Assembly: GCF_009914755.1 (NCBI RefSeq)
Contig: NC_060928.1
DNA length: 64,000 nt
Reading direction: 5' to 3' (one strand)
Origin: the human T2T-CHM13v2.0 reference genome, Homo sapiens
In this document: piece by piece, positions 13,756 through 27,019 of the stretch
Layout: each line of letters opens with the position of its first letter
Position numbering within the stretch: position 1 is the stretch's first letter
Made by a program: the position numbers and the translations under genes
The notes under the pieces: model-generated
The model's database searches: none
What the model saw: only the letters and a program-made list of their open reading frames with translations
What the model was told of the DNA's origin: nothing

Positions 13756-15149
13756 CTTGAATATTTTGCTAAGTAAAGTTGAATTTAGTGAAGAAAATAT
13801 GATCTGTACCATGCAGTGTTTCTTTTTCTTAGCATAAGAACGACCCCTATATCCCTCACCCTAGTGTGAAGATTGACTGAGAAGCAAAGAAACGAGAGAA
13901 TTTTTTTGTTTTTGTTTTTCTTTCTTTATGGTGTTCTTCAGGAGTGTTAACATTTTAGCTCAGACTTGGCCAGGAAACCTTAAATCCCATAATGCTTAAT
14001 CAGCATTTCAGGAGCTGTGTTGACCAGATCTTCTCCTTTCTTCCATCCGTGTTCCTCAAGCAGAGGGCAGGAAGCTACCTTCTCAGCAACCTATGAACTC
14101 CTTAGTATTGTTTCAGTAGTTTCTATCATAAATAATTCCTGACTCCTTTGAAGAAGCTGGTTCCGAGAAGACAGGGATAATTATCTCCTGATGTCTGAAA
14201 TGGTGTGATACCGTATTTCCCACCTAAATTAAAAGACAGAGGAATGTAGACAAATATAGCAGTGTAAAATCTAGTTGGTAAGGAGCTTAGCAATGAAGTA
14301 AAGTGAGACTTGGAGATCAGCACACATTTTTGTTTATCATGGGTAGAATAATGTATGACTCCTTGAGTGAGTTTCTAAAAGCCATTTAAATTGTTGCTAA
14401 AGAAAAAATAGTCAGGGCTTGGGTAAAAATTAGCCAGTTTTATTGTCAGAGAAGTGTCATACTTCCCTAGAACAGAATTTCAGAATATTTTATTTAAATG
14501 TATTAAAATGTATGATACTATAAGGTATATTAAATGATATTCATAGTCTCATATGCACTCTTACAATCAACTACAATAAAGCTAAAGTTTAATGTATTTC
14601 TTCCCTTCCCTGTGGATGCTATTTCCACGAAGAATTCATTCAAACCCTTTCTAAGGTGTTAGACACCTTTTTAAAATATTTAGTAGGGTGTCACTTCTTT
14701 CTGAGTCTGATAAAAGTAGGACTTGTCTTTAGTCCTTTAAACATAAAAAGAGGCAATATCAGTAACACAATTCTCTCCATTAGAAGAATGTTCCCAAATT
14801 ATCAACATGAAAAAGTTTCTCCTCTAACTGAACTTAGTCTGCAGACTCTGAAAACAATATCAGCCATGTGCAGCATTTTGATACCATAAAAATGTTTATA
14901 TAGGCTATCATTGTTTTCATCCTCCAAATCAAGAATCATGTGGTCTCATTCAGTAAGTTACCTTCAACTCTTTAAACATCACATATCCATTGAAAATATT
15001 AGCAAGAAATGCAATTCAAAATGCATATTTTTTAGTGCAATGCAAGGGGAGAAGCTAAGTCAGTGAGAGGGTCGTAATTTCCTCCACATAACTGACAGAT
15101 ATGGATTGAAACCCTTAATGTGGACCAGCATCTGAGCCAGGCACCAAAA

Positions 15150-15310
15150 ACACAGGTAGAACTCCAAGGATGTGTAAGGAAGTTTTCATGTTATTTGTTG
15201 AACAAAGGGAGGCACTGGAGTATTTTAAGCAGAAGAGTGACTCTAATTCATTTATAGCTTGTAAGACTACTGTAATATCTTGGTGGATAATGGCTTGGAG
15301 AGAAGGTATT
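15150..15310 (-). mobile_element. L2 fragment
   Basis: gggaggcactggagtattttaagcagaagagtgac. Confidence 0.6.
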
Positions 15311-16205
15311 ACAAAAATGAGAATTTCTGTTGGAATGGTTTGGAGTTCCTGTGGACACTGACCTCTCCTCATAGGTTAATTTTTAAAATTATATGATTAC
15401 TTATTTTTTAAAATGTTTCTATAAAAATATCTCCCCACGTTTCCTCAGCAATCTTAATGTTCAACAACCTATGAGGAATTGACATAGGGAAAAAACAGTG
15501 GAATGTAGTGGAGATGTATGAGTAAAGTTATTTTAAATATTTAAAAAGTATTAAAATAATTTTATGTCTTTCAAGTTATCTGCCCAAATTGGGACTTACA
15601 CAGCCCTATGCTTCCTTGAACACAGATAGACTGCCTCTAGGTTGCTCCTGAAATCAGATAAAATTAAGATTCACTTTACCAGTTAAACAATATGTAAAAT
15701 GTAGCCAATGTAACTGCTCTCATGAAATACACCATCAAGCTTGGGGTTACTGTATGAGAAGGACAGATCCATCACAGCCTAGGACCAAGTTCCATTAGAA
15801 ATTCTGTATAGAGTAATTGTGAAAGGTCATCATGGATAATAGAACATAAAGCAAACTTGTAAATTAATTAAATCATTTGGCATGTACATTGTTCCTAATA
15901 AGTACTTGGCCATGAGCCAGTTGCTTGGTATAAAGAAATAAAAGACAAAGAAATGTTGTTCATGAAACTTATATCGAGAAGCATAACTCACAATCTTCTT
16001 TCCTAAAAGAATAGTTGATATCAGGAAACATTGTGCACCCAGCTAATATCAATGCTCCTCTCACTACAAGGAAATAAAAGCCCTGGAAAAATATTTTTGG
16101 AAATTGAATACATCTAACAGAGGAATATTTCTAGGTAAAGATGGTAAATAGGACACATGCCTTTCCTTCTTCGACTCATTTTATATAATAAGAAAGTGAG
16201 TTTTA

Positions 16206-16388
16206 GGCCGGGCACGTTGGCTCACGCCTGTAATCCCAGCACTTTGGGAGGCTGCGGTGGGTGAATCACGAGGTCAGGAGTTCAAGACCAGCCTGGCCAA
16301 CATGTGAAACCCCGTCACTACTAAAAATACAAAAACTTAGCTGGGCATAGTGGTGGGTGCCACTACATCTCAAAAAAAACAAAAAAAA
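16206..16388 (+). mobile_element. Alu, AluSg-like, most of right arm deleted
   Basis: Left arm and linker intact; right arm jumps from ggtgggtgcc to actacatctc plus tail; TSD-like aaagtgagttttta / aaaatgagcttta. Confidence 0.92.
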
Positions 16389-16455
16389 TGAGCTTTACAA
16401 AGGGCTTAAGGGGCAGAGAGAAAAGAAGAGGTGAAAGGGGAACATGTGTATATAT

Positions 16456-16851
16456 TGTCAAAGAAAAGTTAAGAAAAAAAAAGAAGCTAGTGGAGAAGTG
16501 TTTGAGAATATTAGTGGGAAGGCTGGTCAATGTGAGTAGACTGTCTGTGTTTGCTCATTGGTACTTAGCAAATTTGGGCTCCTATCTTCCCACAAAGACT
16601 GGGAGACAAGGACACTATCTCCTTCTATGATGACATATGATGACACTTCGAAAAGATAGCTCTCAGGTCCTTAAGAAAAACATCCCTGGCTGTAAAACTG
16701 GAAAAAGACTACATCTCAAAGGAGCTGAGAACGAATGTACAAGATTTCTAAAGTAAATACTCTAAGAAAATGGAGGCTAGAGGTCTATAGTCAAAGAAAA
16801 ACGGTTCAAACTTTAGTCAAGCTGGGGGAAAGGATAAGACCATTTTGATCA
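16456..16851 (-). mobile_element. ERV1 solo LTR, MER67/MER31-like
   Basis: tgtcaaagaa...tttgatca termini, near-TSD atat/atgt; ctttagtcaagctggggg, ttctaaagtaaatactctaagaaaa. Confidence 0.8.
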
Positions 16852-17391
16852 ATGTGTGTGTGTGTGCTTTGCTTTTGTTTCTGTTTTGTCCATTTTCATA
16901 CCAAAATGAGGCAAAGACAATGAAAGAAAGGAAGTTGTGGGTTAATTTTGAGTAAAAACAAATGCAAAAATTCTAAACAACAGATTAGCAAACTGAGTCC
17001 AACATTACATACAAAAAAGAAGAAAAGTTGAGCAGAATAGATTAAAAAAAAATGGGTGTAGCATCACATGGCTGGCAAAAATGAAAATGAGTCTTTCTGC
17101 TAAAAATAGTAAAGTGTTATATCCACCAGTTGTAAAATAATTAAATGGCTTGCTCAGGATCACACTGCTAATAAGTGGTAGACTTGGATTTCACTCCAAA
17201 TGCATGTATTTTTTTCCTTTTAATTTTGGGAACATTATTTTTCTCACAAATAGAAAATAATTATTTGCTTGCTTACAGAATAGTTTTAGAGGCTCTATGT
17301 AATTTAGTACTAGTACTGTAAGGCAGGATTAAGTTGCATATAGATACAATTATATCTTAAAAGTTTACATGGTTTTTATAAAACATACAAA

Positions 17392-17393
<2 letters not shown>

Positions 17394-17433
<40 letters not shown>
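17394..17433. repeat. (GT)20 microsatellite
   Basis: Perfect dinucleotide run. Confidence 0.99.
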
Positions 17434-17436
<3 letters not shown>

Positions 17437-17588
17437 ATCAGTCACAAAGAAAGTCATTGCATTGCAGCATATTATAATTAGAGGTCTAATACAATGACAT
17501 ATTTTTTTTAGCCACACAGTAAATGTCGATAGAATGAATAAATGTCTAGTATAGAAGAGAACACACATATTTTTACTACAGAGAGCAG

Positions 17589-17745
17589 GACTAGAAGTAA
17601 TAGTTCAGAGTTACAAGGAAGCAGATTTCGGCTCAACCTAAGACACTATCTAAAATAAGAGTTTCCTGTGATTGAGTTAGTTGCCTGAAAAGAGTTGAAC
17701 AAAGAATTGTCAATCCAAGAGTTCTGGAATTCTTTGTGAAGGTGA
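17589..17745 (+). mobile_element. L3/CR1 3' fragment
   Basis: gagttacaaggaagcagatttcggctcaa resembles the L3 3' block. Confidence 0.6.
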
Positions 17746-18479
17746 GATAAACCATTGCTGTTTGGGAGAGTCTTGGATCTGTTCCCATATGGGGCACAAA
17801 AGTAAAATTGGAAAACAGGAGTGCTCAGTGTCATACTCAGTCACTATTAGTTCACAGCAAGTTTATTCATTTTCTCCATTGCAAAGTTGCAGGATGTGAA
17901 TTAGGGTAATTAAGAAAAGGTTGTGACAAGAATCTGAGAGCAAGTAAACTACATATTGAAAGTGGTTATCCAGAGGGAGAAAAGGATTTGAAGAATGAGG
18001 TAACCGGATGCAGACATCTGGATAATGTTGATTGGCAGCTTAATGGCTCTTGTCTTCCCCAAATTAGGCATCCAGTGGCTGTTTCTATTCCTTTTGTTAA
18101 CATGTTGGTATATACAATGTGGCAATTCTGAGGAGCAAGAATCTAGGGAGAAGACTGGGAAGTGCATTGCACACTAGGATTTAGAAATAACTGAAAGAAT
18201 TCAGCATGGAAGATGTATCAGTTTATGTCCCAGCAAGGAACAGATGGCATACTGAAATTAGGTTCATCAAAGGAGAGTTTTTAGTAAAGGAACTTTTGAA
18301 AAAGGTATGAGCATAATGTTGGAAAACCACAGGAATCATGCAAGCCCCTGCTCTTGACATTAGAGCTGTTACCAACCCTACCTCCAAAAGGGCAAAGCTT
18401 ACAAGTGCATGTTAGAACCTGAGAAGACAGGATCATGCAGAGCAGCACTTCTCGAACCATCTGTTCGAGAAGGGGTTGT

Positions 18480-18590
18480 TTGGCGTTGCCAAAGAAAATC
18501 CATATAATATTTGGATACTATATAATAGTTGTTCTGAAATTCAAAATTAACTGGTTTATTTACTTTTAGTTTTTCAGTCTGGCAACTTTA
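18480..18590. mobile_element. Partial MER53 (hAT MITE)
   Basis: aatatttgg..tctgaaattcaaaattaactgg..tctggcaac. Confidence 0.65.
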
Positions 18591-18729
18591 TCTATGAGGA
18601 AGAATCCATTTTTTGTGTGTGCTAGTTTTGTTTTGTTTACTTTGTAGTCCTATGCAAACAGATACTATTGTAAAATAAAATCAAAATAAATTACTGAAAA
18701 ATTAAAATTTAAAAAGACAAAATGCCAGG

Positions 18730-18845
18730 TCTGCTTTTAAAATTTAAACCCAGTAGACCTAAAATTTTTCTGTAGAATTACAATTAATGTTTCCAGATGC
18801 TTTCTCACCAGCACTGGTCCTTGCATCACACTTTTGAGTAGCAGT
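18730..18845. mobile_element. MER5A1-like fragment
   Basis: ctggtccttgcatcacacttttgagtagca end. Confidence 0.5.
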
Positions 18846-19997
18846 AATGAAGAAACAGCCACGCTGGAGGGAGTTTTGATTCAGGGAGGGGTGGAGAAGC
18901 CTTCAGGGAGGATGCTAGGAAAGTAAATTCCCATCTCACTCTTACACTTCACTTCTTCATCTCCTGCAGTTCTCCTTTGGCCAGAAGACCAGAGAGCCAC
19001 GTGATATAGCAACACAGTGGTCATTTTTCTGGGAAGAGGAGTAAGGTAGAGGAGTATAGAGAATAAAATTTGAAAGAAAAGACTGAATGTATTTAGCATA
19101 GAAGCCCAAAGTTGCTGTCTGAAACTATGTAAGTTTCTGCCAAATGGAATATATCCATTTAGCAGACGCTATTATGATTATTAATAACTCACAGAGTCAT
19201 TGTTTAAAGAAACTAACTTTTGTTTCACTGAAAGACAAAGCTAGAGGACTAAAGGGGTTGGATGTTTTTCCTTTACTGAGCAAGGAGATACATTGCCAGC
19301 ATAAAATGTGATAGTTTTAGAATGTCAAGACTTGGGGTAACTATCATATATTAAGCAGTGCTATAGTCTAGATCCTTGATCAGAGACAGCTATTTAGAGA
19401 AAAAGTAGTAATGTCCATTATTAATGACAAGTGTCCGAGCGATTGGTGACCTACTATACATCAACCCTTAGAAGCATAATTGTGCATTTCATATATTTAT
19501 ATCCATTTACAAATGAATTATGTCAGTAGTGGGGTGGAAAATTAAGGGATACCATCATTTGAAATTCTTCCTTGTTCCATAAAAAACAATGGATGAGGAT
19601 AAATTTGAGAAGAGCTTCAAAAAGATGAACGAGTTGAAACCAGCCCATAGATATATTGTGTTTGTTCTAAATTTGGTTGCCAACTAAACATCTAAAACAC
19701 ATACAAATGTATGACACTGCAGCCACACGCTAGCAAGAGGACAATCACCTGGCGTGTAATACCAGCTGCCCCCTTTAGTTTAAGAGACATGTGGACCCAA
19801 CTGTTACATCTGATTTGTTTTAATTATGAATGTTATCTTTCTGAACCTGGACTCTTCTATTGTGATTATTGAAATTGAGCAAAAAGCACCCCTTCTCTTA
19901 CTCTGGTTTATGTTTTGTATATTATTTTAACCACCTAGAATGGTAGCAGGGTGTGTGGAATGCAGGCATCGACGGAAGGATTAAATTCATTTAAGAG

Positions 19998-20200
19998 TAA
20001 TTGTTTTCAAATTAGGCTATGCTTATAAATTATGTAAGAAACTTGTTAAAAATACAAAGTCCTAAGCCCCACAACCTACAAATTCTGATCAAATGGGTTC
20101 AGTAAAGAAAGCAAGAGTTTATTTTTAGTGGGTGTCCTATATATTTAGATCCAAGTGCCTTGAACCGTTGTCTGATCACAAGATTTTTGAAGTCTCATAG
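19998..20200. mobile_element. MER5-like hAT element
   Basis: ttttcaaatt..aacttgttaaaaatacaaagtcctaagcccc..aattctgat. Confidence 0.6.
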
Positions 20201-20369
20201 TACAAAATGCATTTATACCATTTCAACATGTGCTTTGCTTATGAGTACAACTGTTCTGGTGATGAAAGTCACTTTCTCTATCAAAGCACTTAGTGACCCT
20301 CAGTGCCCATTGTATTGTCATCTGCACTTCAGCGTTCAACCTGAATATGTCTAAGTTGGAAATCTTTAA

Positions 20370-20788
<419 letters not shown>

Positions 20789-21587
20789 ATCCTCAGCAGT
20801 ATCTTTTGCCTACCTTCCAACACTTTACTAGGAACCAAATTTTCCTTAGACTCAGGCTAAGCGAATATTTCCAAGATAAAAACTCTAACACAAAAATGTT
20901 TTTAATCTTTCAACTGCTCTTAACTATTCTTCAGATAAAGGTTAAGCTCCTTATTTTGTACATAAATTTAATTTCCCAATGTTTTTCCAAATTTTGTGTG
21001 CCATACTTGAGCATTATTATACATTTGATAGTTTTCTTTACATCACCTCATCATTTAAAGTTTACATACACTTTTAGCCCCAAAATAAGCATTAAAAACT
21101 CCTCAAAAATTATGTTAATTGCTTTTTGTATTAAAATAAATCTATTTTGGGTTTATTGGGGTTTCTCCTAGAATTATCTTGTATATGTGTTATATTTGAA
21201 AGTGTAAGAATAGTTTAACATTTTGCCTTTTCTCAGACTTCTTTCTCCTCCTTTTTCCTCCTCCACCTTAATTGCATCATATCCTCTAGCCTTACTGAAC
21301 TTCCTGACATTCTTTCATAATGCTAGAATATTTTAAAACTGAATCCTTTATTTAGGTATTGCTTCTTGACCAGCTGATTCACCTATCTCATGGACACTGA
21401 CTAATTTTTCAAGACCCAGCAACTGGGTGGTATCCTACATAAACTCTCTTGACTTGCTTCATTCAAGTTAAGAGAGTAGATTTGACTTCTTGCCTTGCTT
21501 TGTCCACTTTTTAATACCGGTCCTTTTACATAGTTATCATGGAATCTGTAACAAACTTTTAGAGAAATATTTTGTCTATATGTCTCT

Positions 21588-21820
21588 AGAGGCACAACAA
21601 AATATAGCAGTGAAGACATTTGGATCTAGAGCCAAAATGTGTCATTCATTTCTCAGCTCTGACAATTAAAAGCTGTGTGAAATGGAGGAGTTATTTTATT
21701 GCTCATTCAGTTAAATCATCTCCAAATTATGGGACTTAACTTAATTTCATCAATTATGTAGCAATTATATATCAATAACACATGTAATAAATTTACCATA
21801 GTACCTAGTACATAATTTAC
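21588..21820 (+). mobile_element. MIR
   Basis: tggatctagagccaaa, tctcagctctgaca..agctgtgtga, catagtacctagtacata. Confidence 0.65.
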
Positions 21821-22462
21821 TTAGTTTTGGTACCTAGTTCACTTATTACTTTGTTAATATAATGCTATAATCTACCTGGAAATTATATTTTGTATATTTT
21901 TATTGAATACCTAGAAACTCTCTAATTACAGAGTTTACAGGTACTTAGTTCATAAGAGAACAAAATAACGGTTCTCTTCAGTTAATATTTAGATAAGATG
22001 AAGTATCAATAGTCAGTATTTTAGTATTTTTATATTCACACATATCTGTGTATAAACTTTTTGAAAATTAATATCTGGTTTGCAATACAATATATACATC
22101 TAAATGTATCTCTAATTTCCTGAAGTTAGTTAGGGAGTGTCCATTTATTTTAACTTTCAGATGGACCTTTATTAAGTGATTGCCAAAGCTAAAATTTCAG
22201 AACAAGACATTAATTTTCCAAGATATAGACACACAGAGATACAGGTACACATTCATAGATGACTTTTTGATTAGGTTTTATGCATATATAGACATAGTAT
22301 CAGATGACTCTGAATAAAGGGTTAGTTACTCTTACCAATAAAACATCTCCACTGCAATAATTCCGATTGGTTACTTAAATATGATGCTGTACGTATCTGT
22401 GTTATCAGTTTCAGGCTCAGTTTGTTGGTTGGTTTGTTTTTTTCCCTAAAAGATATTAAAAA

Positions 22463-23382
22463 ATATGGTGAGAGACAGGGGTCCAGCTTCATTCTTATGC
22501 ATATGACTATTCAATTTTCACAACACCATATATTGTATAGGGTGTCCTTTCCGCACTGTTTTTATTTTTGTCAGCTTTCCCACAGATCAGTTGGCTGTAG
22601 AGATATGGCTTTATTTCTGGGGTCTCTATTCTGTTCCATTTATCTATGTATCTATTTTTGTTCTCAAACCATGCTGTTTTGGTTACTATAGACTTGATCT
22701 GTGCTTGCAAAAAAAATGGTAATGTGATACGTCAACTAATGCAATGCCTCCAGCTTTGTTCTTTTTGCTTAGAATTAATTTGGCTTTTGGGCTTTTTTTT
22801 TTTTGGCTCCATAAGAATTTGTGGATGGTTACTCCTAATTCTGTGAAAACTGATGTTGGTAATTTGATAAGAATTGCATTGAATGGGTAGATTGCTTTGA
22901 ACAATATGGACATTTTAATGATATTGATTTTCCAATCCATGAGTCTGGGATATTTCTCCATTTATTTGTGTTATTATTATTTATTTCATCAGTGCATTGT
23001 AGTTCTTTTACAGAGATCTTTCATATTTTTAGTTAAATGTATTCCCAGGTATTTTTATTTATTTAATTATTCATTTTTGTGGCCATTATAAATGAGATTG
23101 AGTTCTTGGTTTGGATCTCAGCTTGAATGCTATTGGTTTAGAGCAACTCTACTACATTTTTGTTCACTGGTATTATATCCTGAAACCTTACTGAAGTCAT
23201 TGATCAAGTCTAGTAATCTTTCAGAGGAATCTTTAAGGTTTTCTAGATATAAGATCATGTCATCAGCAAAGAGAGATAATTTGCTTTCTTTTTTTCAATT
23301 TGGATGTGTTTTATTTTTGTCTCTTGCCTAGTTTCTCTGGCTAGGACTTCCAGGACTATGTTAATAGGGGTAGTGAGAGTGG
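22463..23382 (-). mobile_element. Inverted 5' segment of a twin-primed L1 (ORF2 remnant)
   Basis: Minus-strand ORFs [24 protein letters not shown] and KTAW..NRYIDKWNRIETPEIKP are L1 ORF2. Confidence 0.93.
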
Positions 23383-24600
23383 AGAAGAATGAAGCGGACT
23401 CCTATCTGTCATTATATACAAAAATTAACTCAAAATGAATTAAAGACTTACAAAATGTAAGGCCTAAAACAATAAAAATCCTGGAGGAAACCTAGGGAAA
23501 CTCTTCTGAACATTGACCTAAGCAAAGAATTTATGACTGATTTCAAAAGAAAATACAACAAAGACAAAAATGGACAAATGGGACTTAATTAAACTAAAAA
23601 GCTCCTGCAGAACAAAATAACTAATCAGTAGTATAAAGAGACAACCTACAGAATGGGAGAAAGTGTTTGCAAACCATGCATACAACAAAGGACTAATATT
23701 CAGAATCCATAAGCAACTCAAATAACTCTACAAGGTAAAAACAAATAATCCCATTAAAATGTGGGCAAAGGACATGAACAGACATTTCTCAAAAGACATA
23801 CAGTGGCCAGCCAACAAAACAAACATATTAAAAAAGGCTCAGTATCACAAAACGTTAGAGAAATCCAAATTAAAGCACAATGAGATACCATTTTCTACAA
23901 GTCAGAATGACTTTTATTTAATAGTCAATAGACAACAGATGTTGATGAGAATGCAGATGAAAGAAAATACTTATCCACTGTTGTTGGAAATGTAGATTAG
24001 TGCAAACTCTATGAAAAACAACATGGAGGTTTCTCGAAGAACTAAAAATAGAGCCAGCATTCAACCTAGCAATCCCACTATTGAGGATCTACCCAAGGGA
24101 AATGAATTATTATATAAAAAATACACCTACACTCATATATTTATTGTGACACTATTCACAATAGTAAAAACATGGAATCAATCTAATTATCCATCAACAA
24201 ATAATTGGATAAAGTGTGGTATAGTATATACACCCTAGAATACTATGCAGCCATAAAAAAGAATGAAATTATGTCTTTTACAGCAACATATATTGAGCTG
24301 GAGGCCATTATTCTAAGTGAAATAACTCAAAAGCAAAAAAATTACATATTGTATATTCTCACTTATATGTGGGAAATAAACAATGGGTACACAAAGGCAT
24401 AAAGGTGGCAATGATAGACATGGGGATTCCAAAACAGCAGAGAGTGAGCATAGAGTGAGTGTTGAAAAATGACCTATTTGGTATAATGTTCATATTTTGT
24501 TTGATGTGTTCACTGGAAGTCCAAACTTTATCGTTTCATAGTTTATCCAGGTAACAAGGCTGCCCATGTACCCACAGAATATATAATTGAAAAAAAAAAA
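23383..24600 (+). mobile_element. Sense 3' segment of the same L1, L1PB4-like, with polyA
   Basis: ORF2 C-terminal remnants (WAKDMNRHFSK, EYYAAIKKNEIMSF); 3' UTR ending catgtaccc..aattgAAAA. Confidence 0.92.
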
Positions 24601-25634
24601 CAAAATAAGCATAAAATAAGTTTGACCAAATTTAGTTGTGTGCTTTTCTTTTGTTTGTGGTCTACACAACTTCTCTTAATAACTTTTAAATGGGTATACT
24701 ATTTAAATGTTGAAATTTGCACTTCACTGAATATGTGAGTTCAAATGGTCAGTAGTCATAACATCCTAATAACCTGACACTTGTTCTATAGTTAGCCCCG
24801 TCACTCTGAACTAATGAAGGTAAATTATAAAACAATAAATAAATAAGCAGCAATTGCCCTTGGGTGACATAAGTACTGCTTTTAATTACTTTAAAGCAAG
24901 GTTTTTAGAGCCAACAATATGAACTCATTGTTTGATAAACACACTGGAAAAACAAGAGCCCTCATTTTGGCATTTAATAAATTTATGAGGTTACATTAAC
25001 TGAATACACAAGTCATACAAAGGCTGCTATAATGGAATTGTGTCATCCTGGGGATAACCATATAATGATAGCAATAACTCAATAGAAATTCAATGTAGTT
25101 CTTCAACTTGCTTGTCCTGCTGTGAGGCAGCATCAAATGCAATGACAGCTTTGATGAATGTATCTTATAAATTCTGATCCTGAATTCCAGTTGTTCATTC
25201 TTTAAAATACAATTATATTCACAAAAAATACATGTAAATATTTGCTTTAATGAAAATAGAACAGCTCTTATGGCAACACTCAATTTAGCTAATATGAATC
25301 AAGAACTGTACATGTTTTTGCATTTACTAACTCATTGCATGAAATTCTCCAAAACCCATGATTATGATGATGCAATATATACCATATTCAGGGAATAGTG
25401 ACTAAGTAGGTTAGTAAGTAATGACTAAGTAAGTAAGGAAGGAATATCCTTACCAGGGATAAGAACCTTGGCTATGGATCATTCTGAGACATACCACCTT
25501 TTCACAAAATGTCCTTTGAAACCATGCTCTCATAATTTACTCCTGAGTAACAACAACCACAACAGAAAACGGGATGGTTATATAGTCAAGATAGTCATGG
25601 CTTGCTTCTTTACTTCCCTCAGACCTCTGCTGAA

Positions 25635-25790
25635 ATACAAGATACTTATCAAGATAAGGCAAGATACTAAGATATAAGTTACTAAGATGTAAGATAAGGT
25701 AAGATACTAAGATGTAAAATACTAAGTTGTAAGATACAAGTTACTAAGATGTAAGAGGTAAGATACTAAGATGTAAGATACAAGACTTAG
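25635..25790. repeat. Degenerate minisatellite of TAAGAT(A/G)-based 7/8-bp units
   Basis: Recurrent ctaagatgtaagata, taagttac, aggtaagata. Confidence 0.9.
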
Positions 25791-25959
25791 TGATAAGCCT
25801 TGTATTGAAAGTAAGGTTGTATAAAGGGACAACAAATTCTTGAGGACACCATTTTATGTCACTATTATTTTAATAGTTAGAAGTAACAATGGCTAGAAAC
25901 TGAACATTAGAGAATATTATGGTAGGATTCTGTATGTAATATGTAGACATGTCCAATAA

Positions 25960-26480
25960 AAAGTTATTGGTAGATTGGATACAAGGTGTATAATAAAGAT
26001 TTATTGCCTGAGAAACTAGAAAAAATGAATTACTATTCACTAAGATGCGGAAGGCAATAAGATGGGCAAAATTTATTTATTTTGTAAGAATCTATTGGAT
26101 ACAGGAATATGAATATTAGGGTATGTAATACTAGAGATTAGACAAAATGACTTAGAAAGTAAACAGTGGAAGGAAGTCCAACATTTAAGTTCATAAAGAT
26201 GAGGAAGAATTGGTAAAAGAGATTAAGGAATAACAGCCACAGATCTAGATGTAGAATTAAAAAGAGGGTGATATACTGGAGGCCAAGCAAAGAAAGCATT
26301 TTACGAATGGAGTGTTCATCTTTGCCAACTGATCTCTCAATGAAGAGCTATATAGTTGGATGTGGAAGAGAATTGAAAACCGGGTTTGGCAATAAGCATT
26401 TCTTCAGTGTCCTAGAGAGGGCTTAATAGATGATGGGAAGAGAAAAACTGGAGAAGGTGAGTAAAAAATGACTTTCATTC
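25960..26480 (-). mobile_element. L2 fragment
   Basis: gcctgagaaactagaa, ctattcactaagatg, aaaagagattaaggaataacagcca, ctggaggccaagcaaagaaagcatttt. Confidence 0.7.
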
Positions 26481-27019
26481 AAAGGAAGCACATGAAATAA
26501 ACTTACAGAGGATAGCCTGCTGATAACAAACTGGGCTCCTGAGGGCAGAGTGGAATGTTGGCTTGGAAATGGGCAGATTTAAAGTATTCCCATTATGAGT
26601 TTTCTACACTGAATAGATGTGCTTTCTTATATGATGGCTTGTATGGTTATAGCATTCTGGTTCTCTTGCCTAGATTTTACTTTCATGTATGAAAGAAACA
26701 TCCAGTACAAAATTCATTCTGGTTATGTTACAATGAGACTTGTACTAACCACCAACTTGTTTTATAACAACTCCTTTTGGAAATTATCTCAACTGACTAG
26801 GTAATTCAGGAAACAATTAGTTTATTTAGTTATTTATGTAAGTAATTATTTGTAATCAATAGTGAGGAACCTTTATTTGAATGAAAAAGATTAGTGTGGA
26901 TTTAATAAAGTATATTTAATAAGCATTGAGATTACTTGTCAAATATATGGCCCTACGTAAATATTTCAACCTCGAGATAGCAGCATTTATGCGGTGATCA
27001 ATACACTGTTTTCTCTGCA

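Larger units (their letters stand above)
18214..19100 (-). mobile_element. ERVL solo LTR, LTR41-like, with nested DNA-transposon fragments
   Basis: tgtatcagt..gtcccagcaaggaacagatggcatact start, gctgttaccaaccctac; resumes near 18850 and ends atttagcata; near-TSD gaaga/gaagc. Confidence 0.75.

Noticed and set aside
16362-16720. actacatctcaaa shared by the deleted Alu and the neighbouring LTR
   Set aside because: One substitution from the normal Alu end; coincidence is sufficient.
25635-25790. CRISPR-like appearance of the repeat
   Set aside because: No unique spacers, no cas genes, primate DNA.
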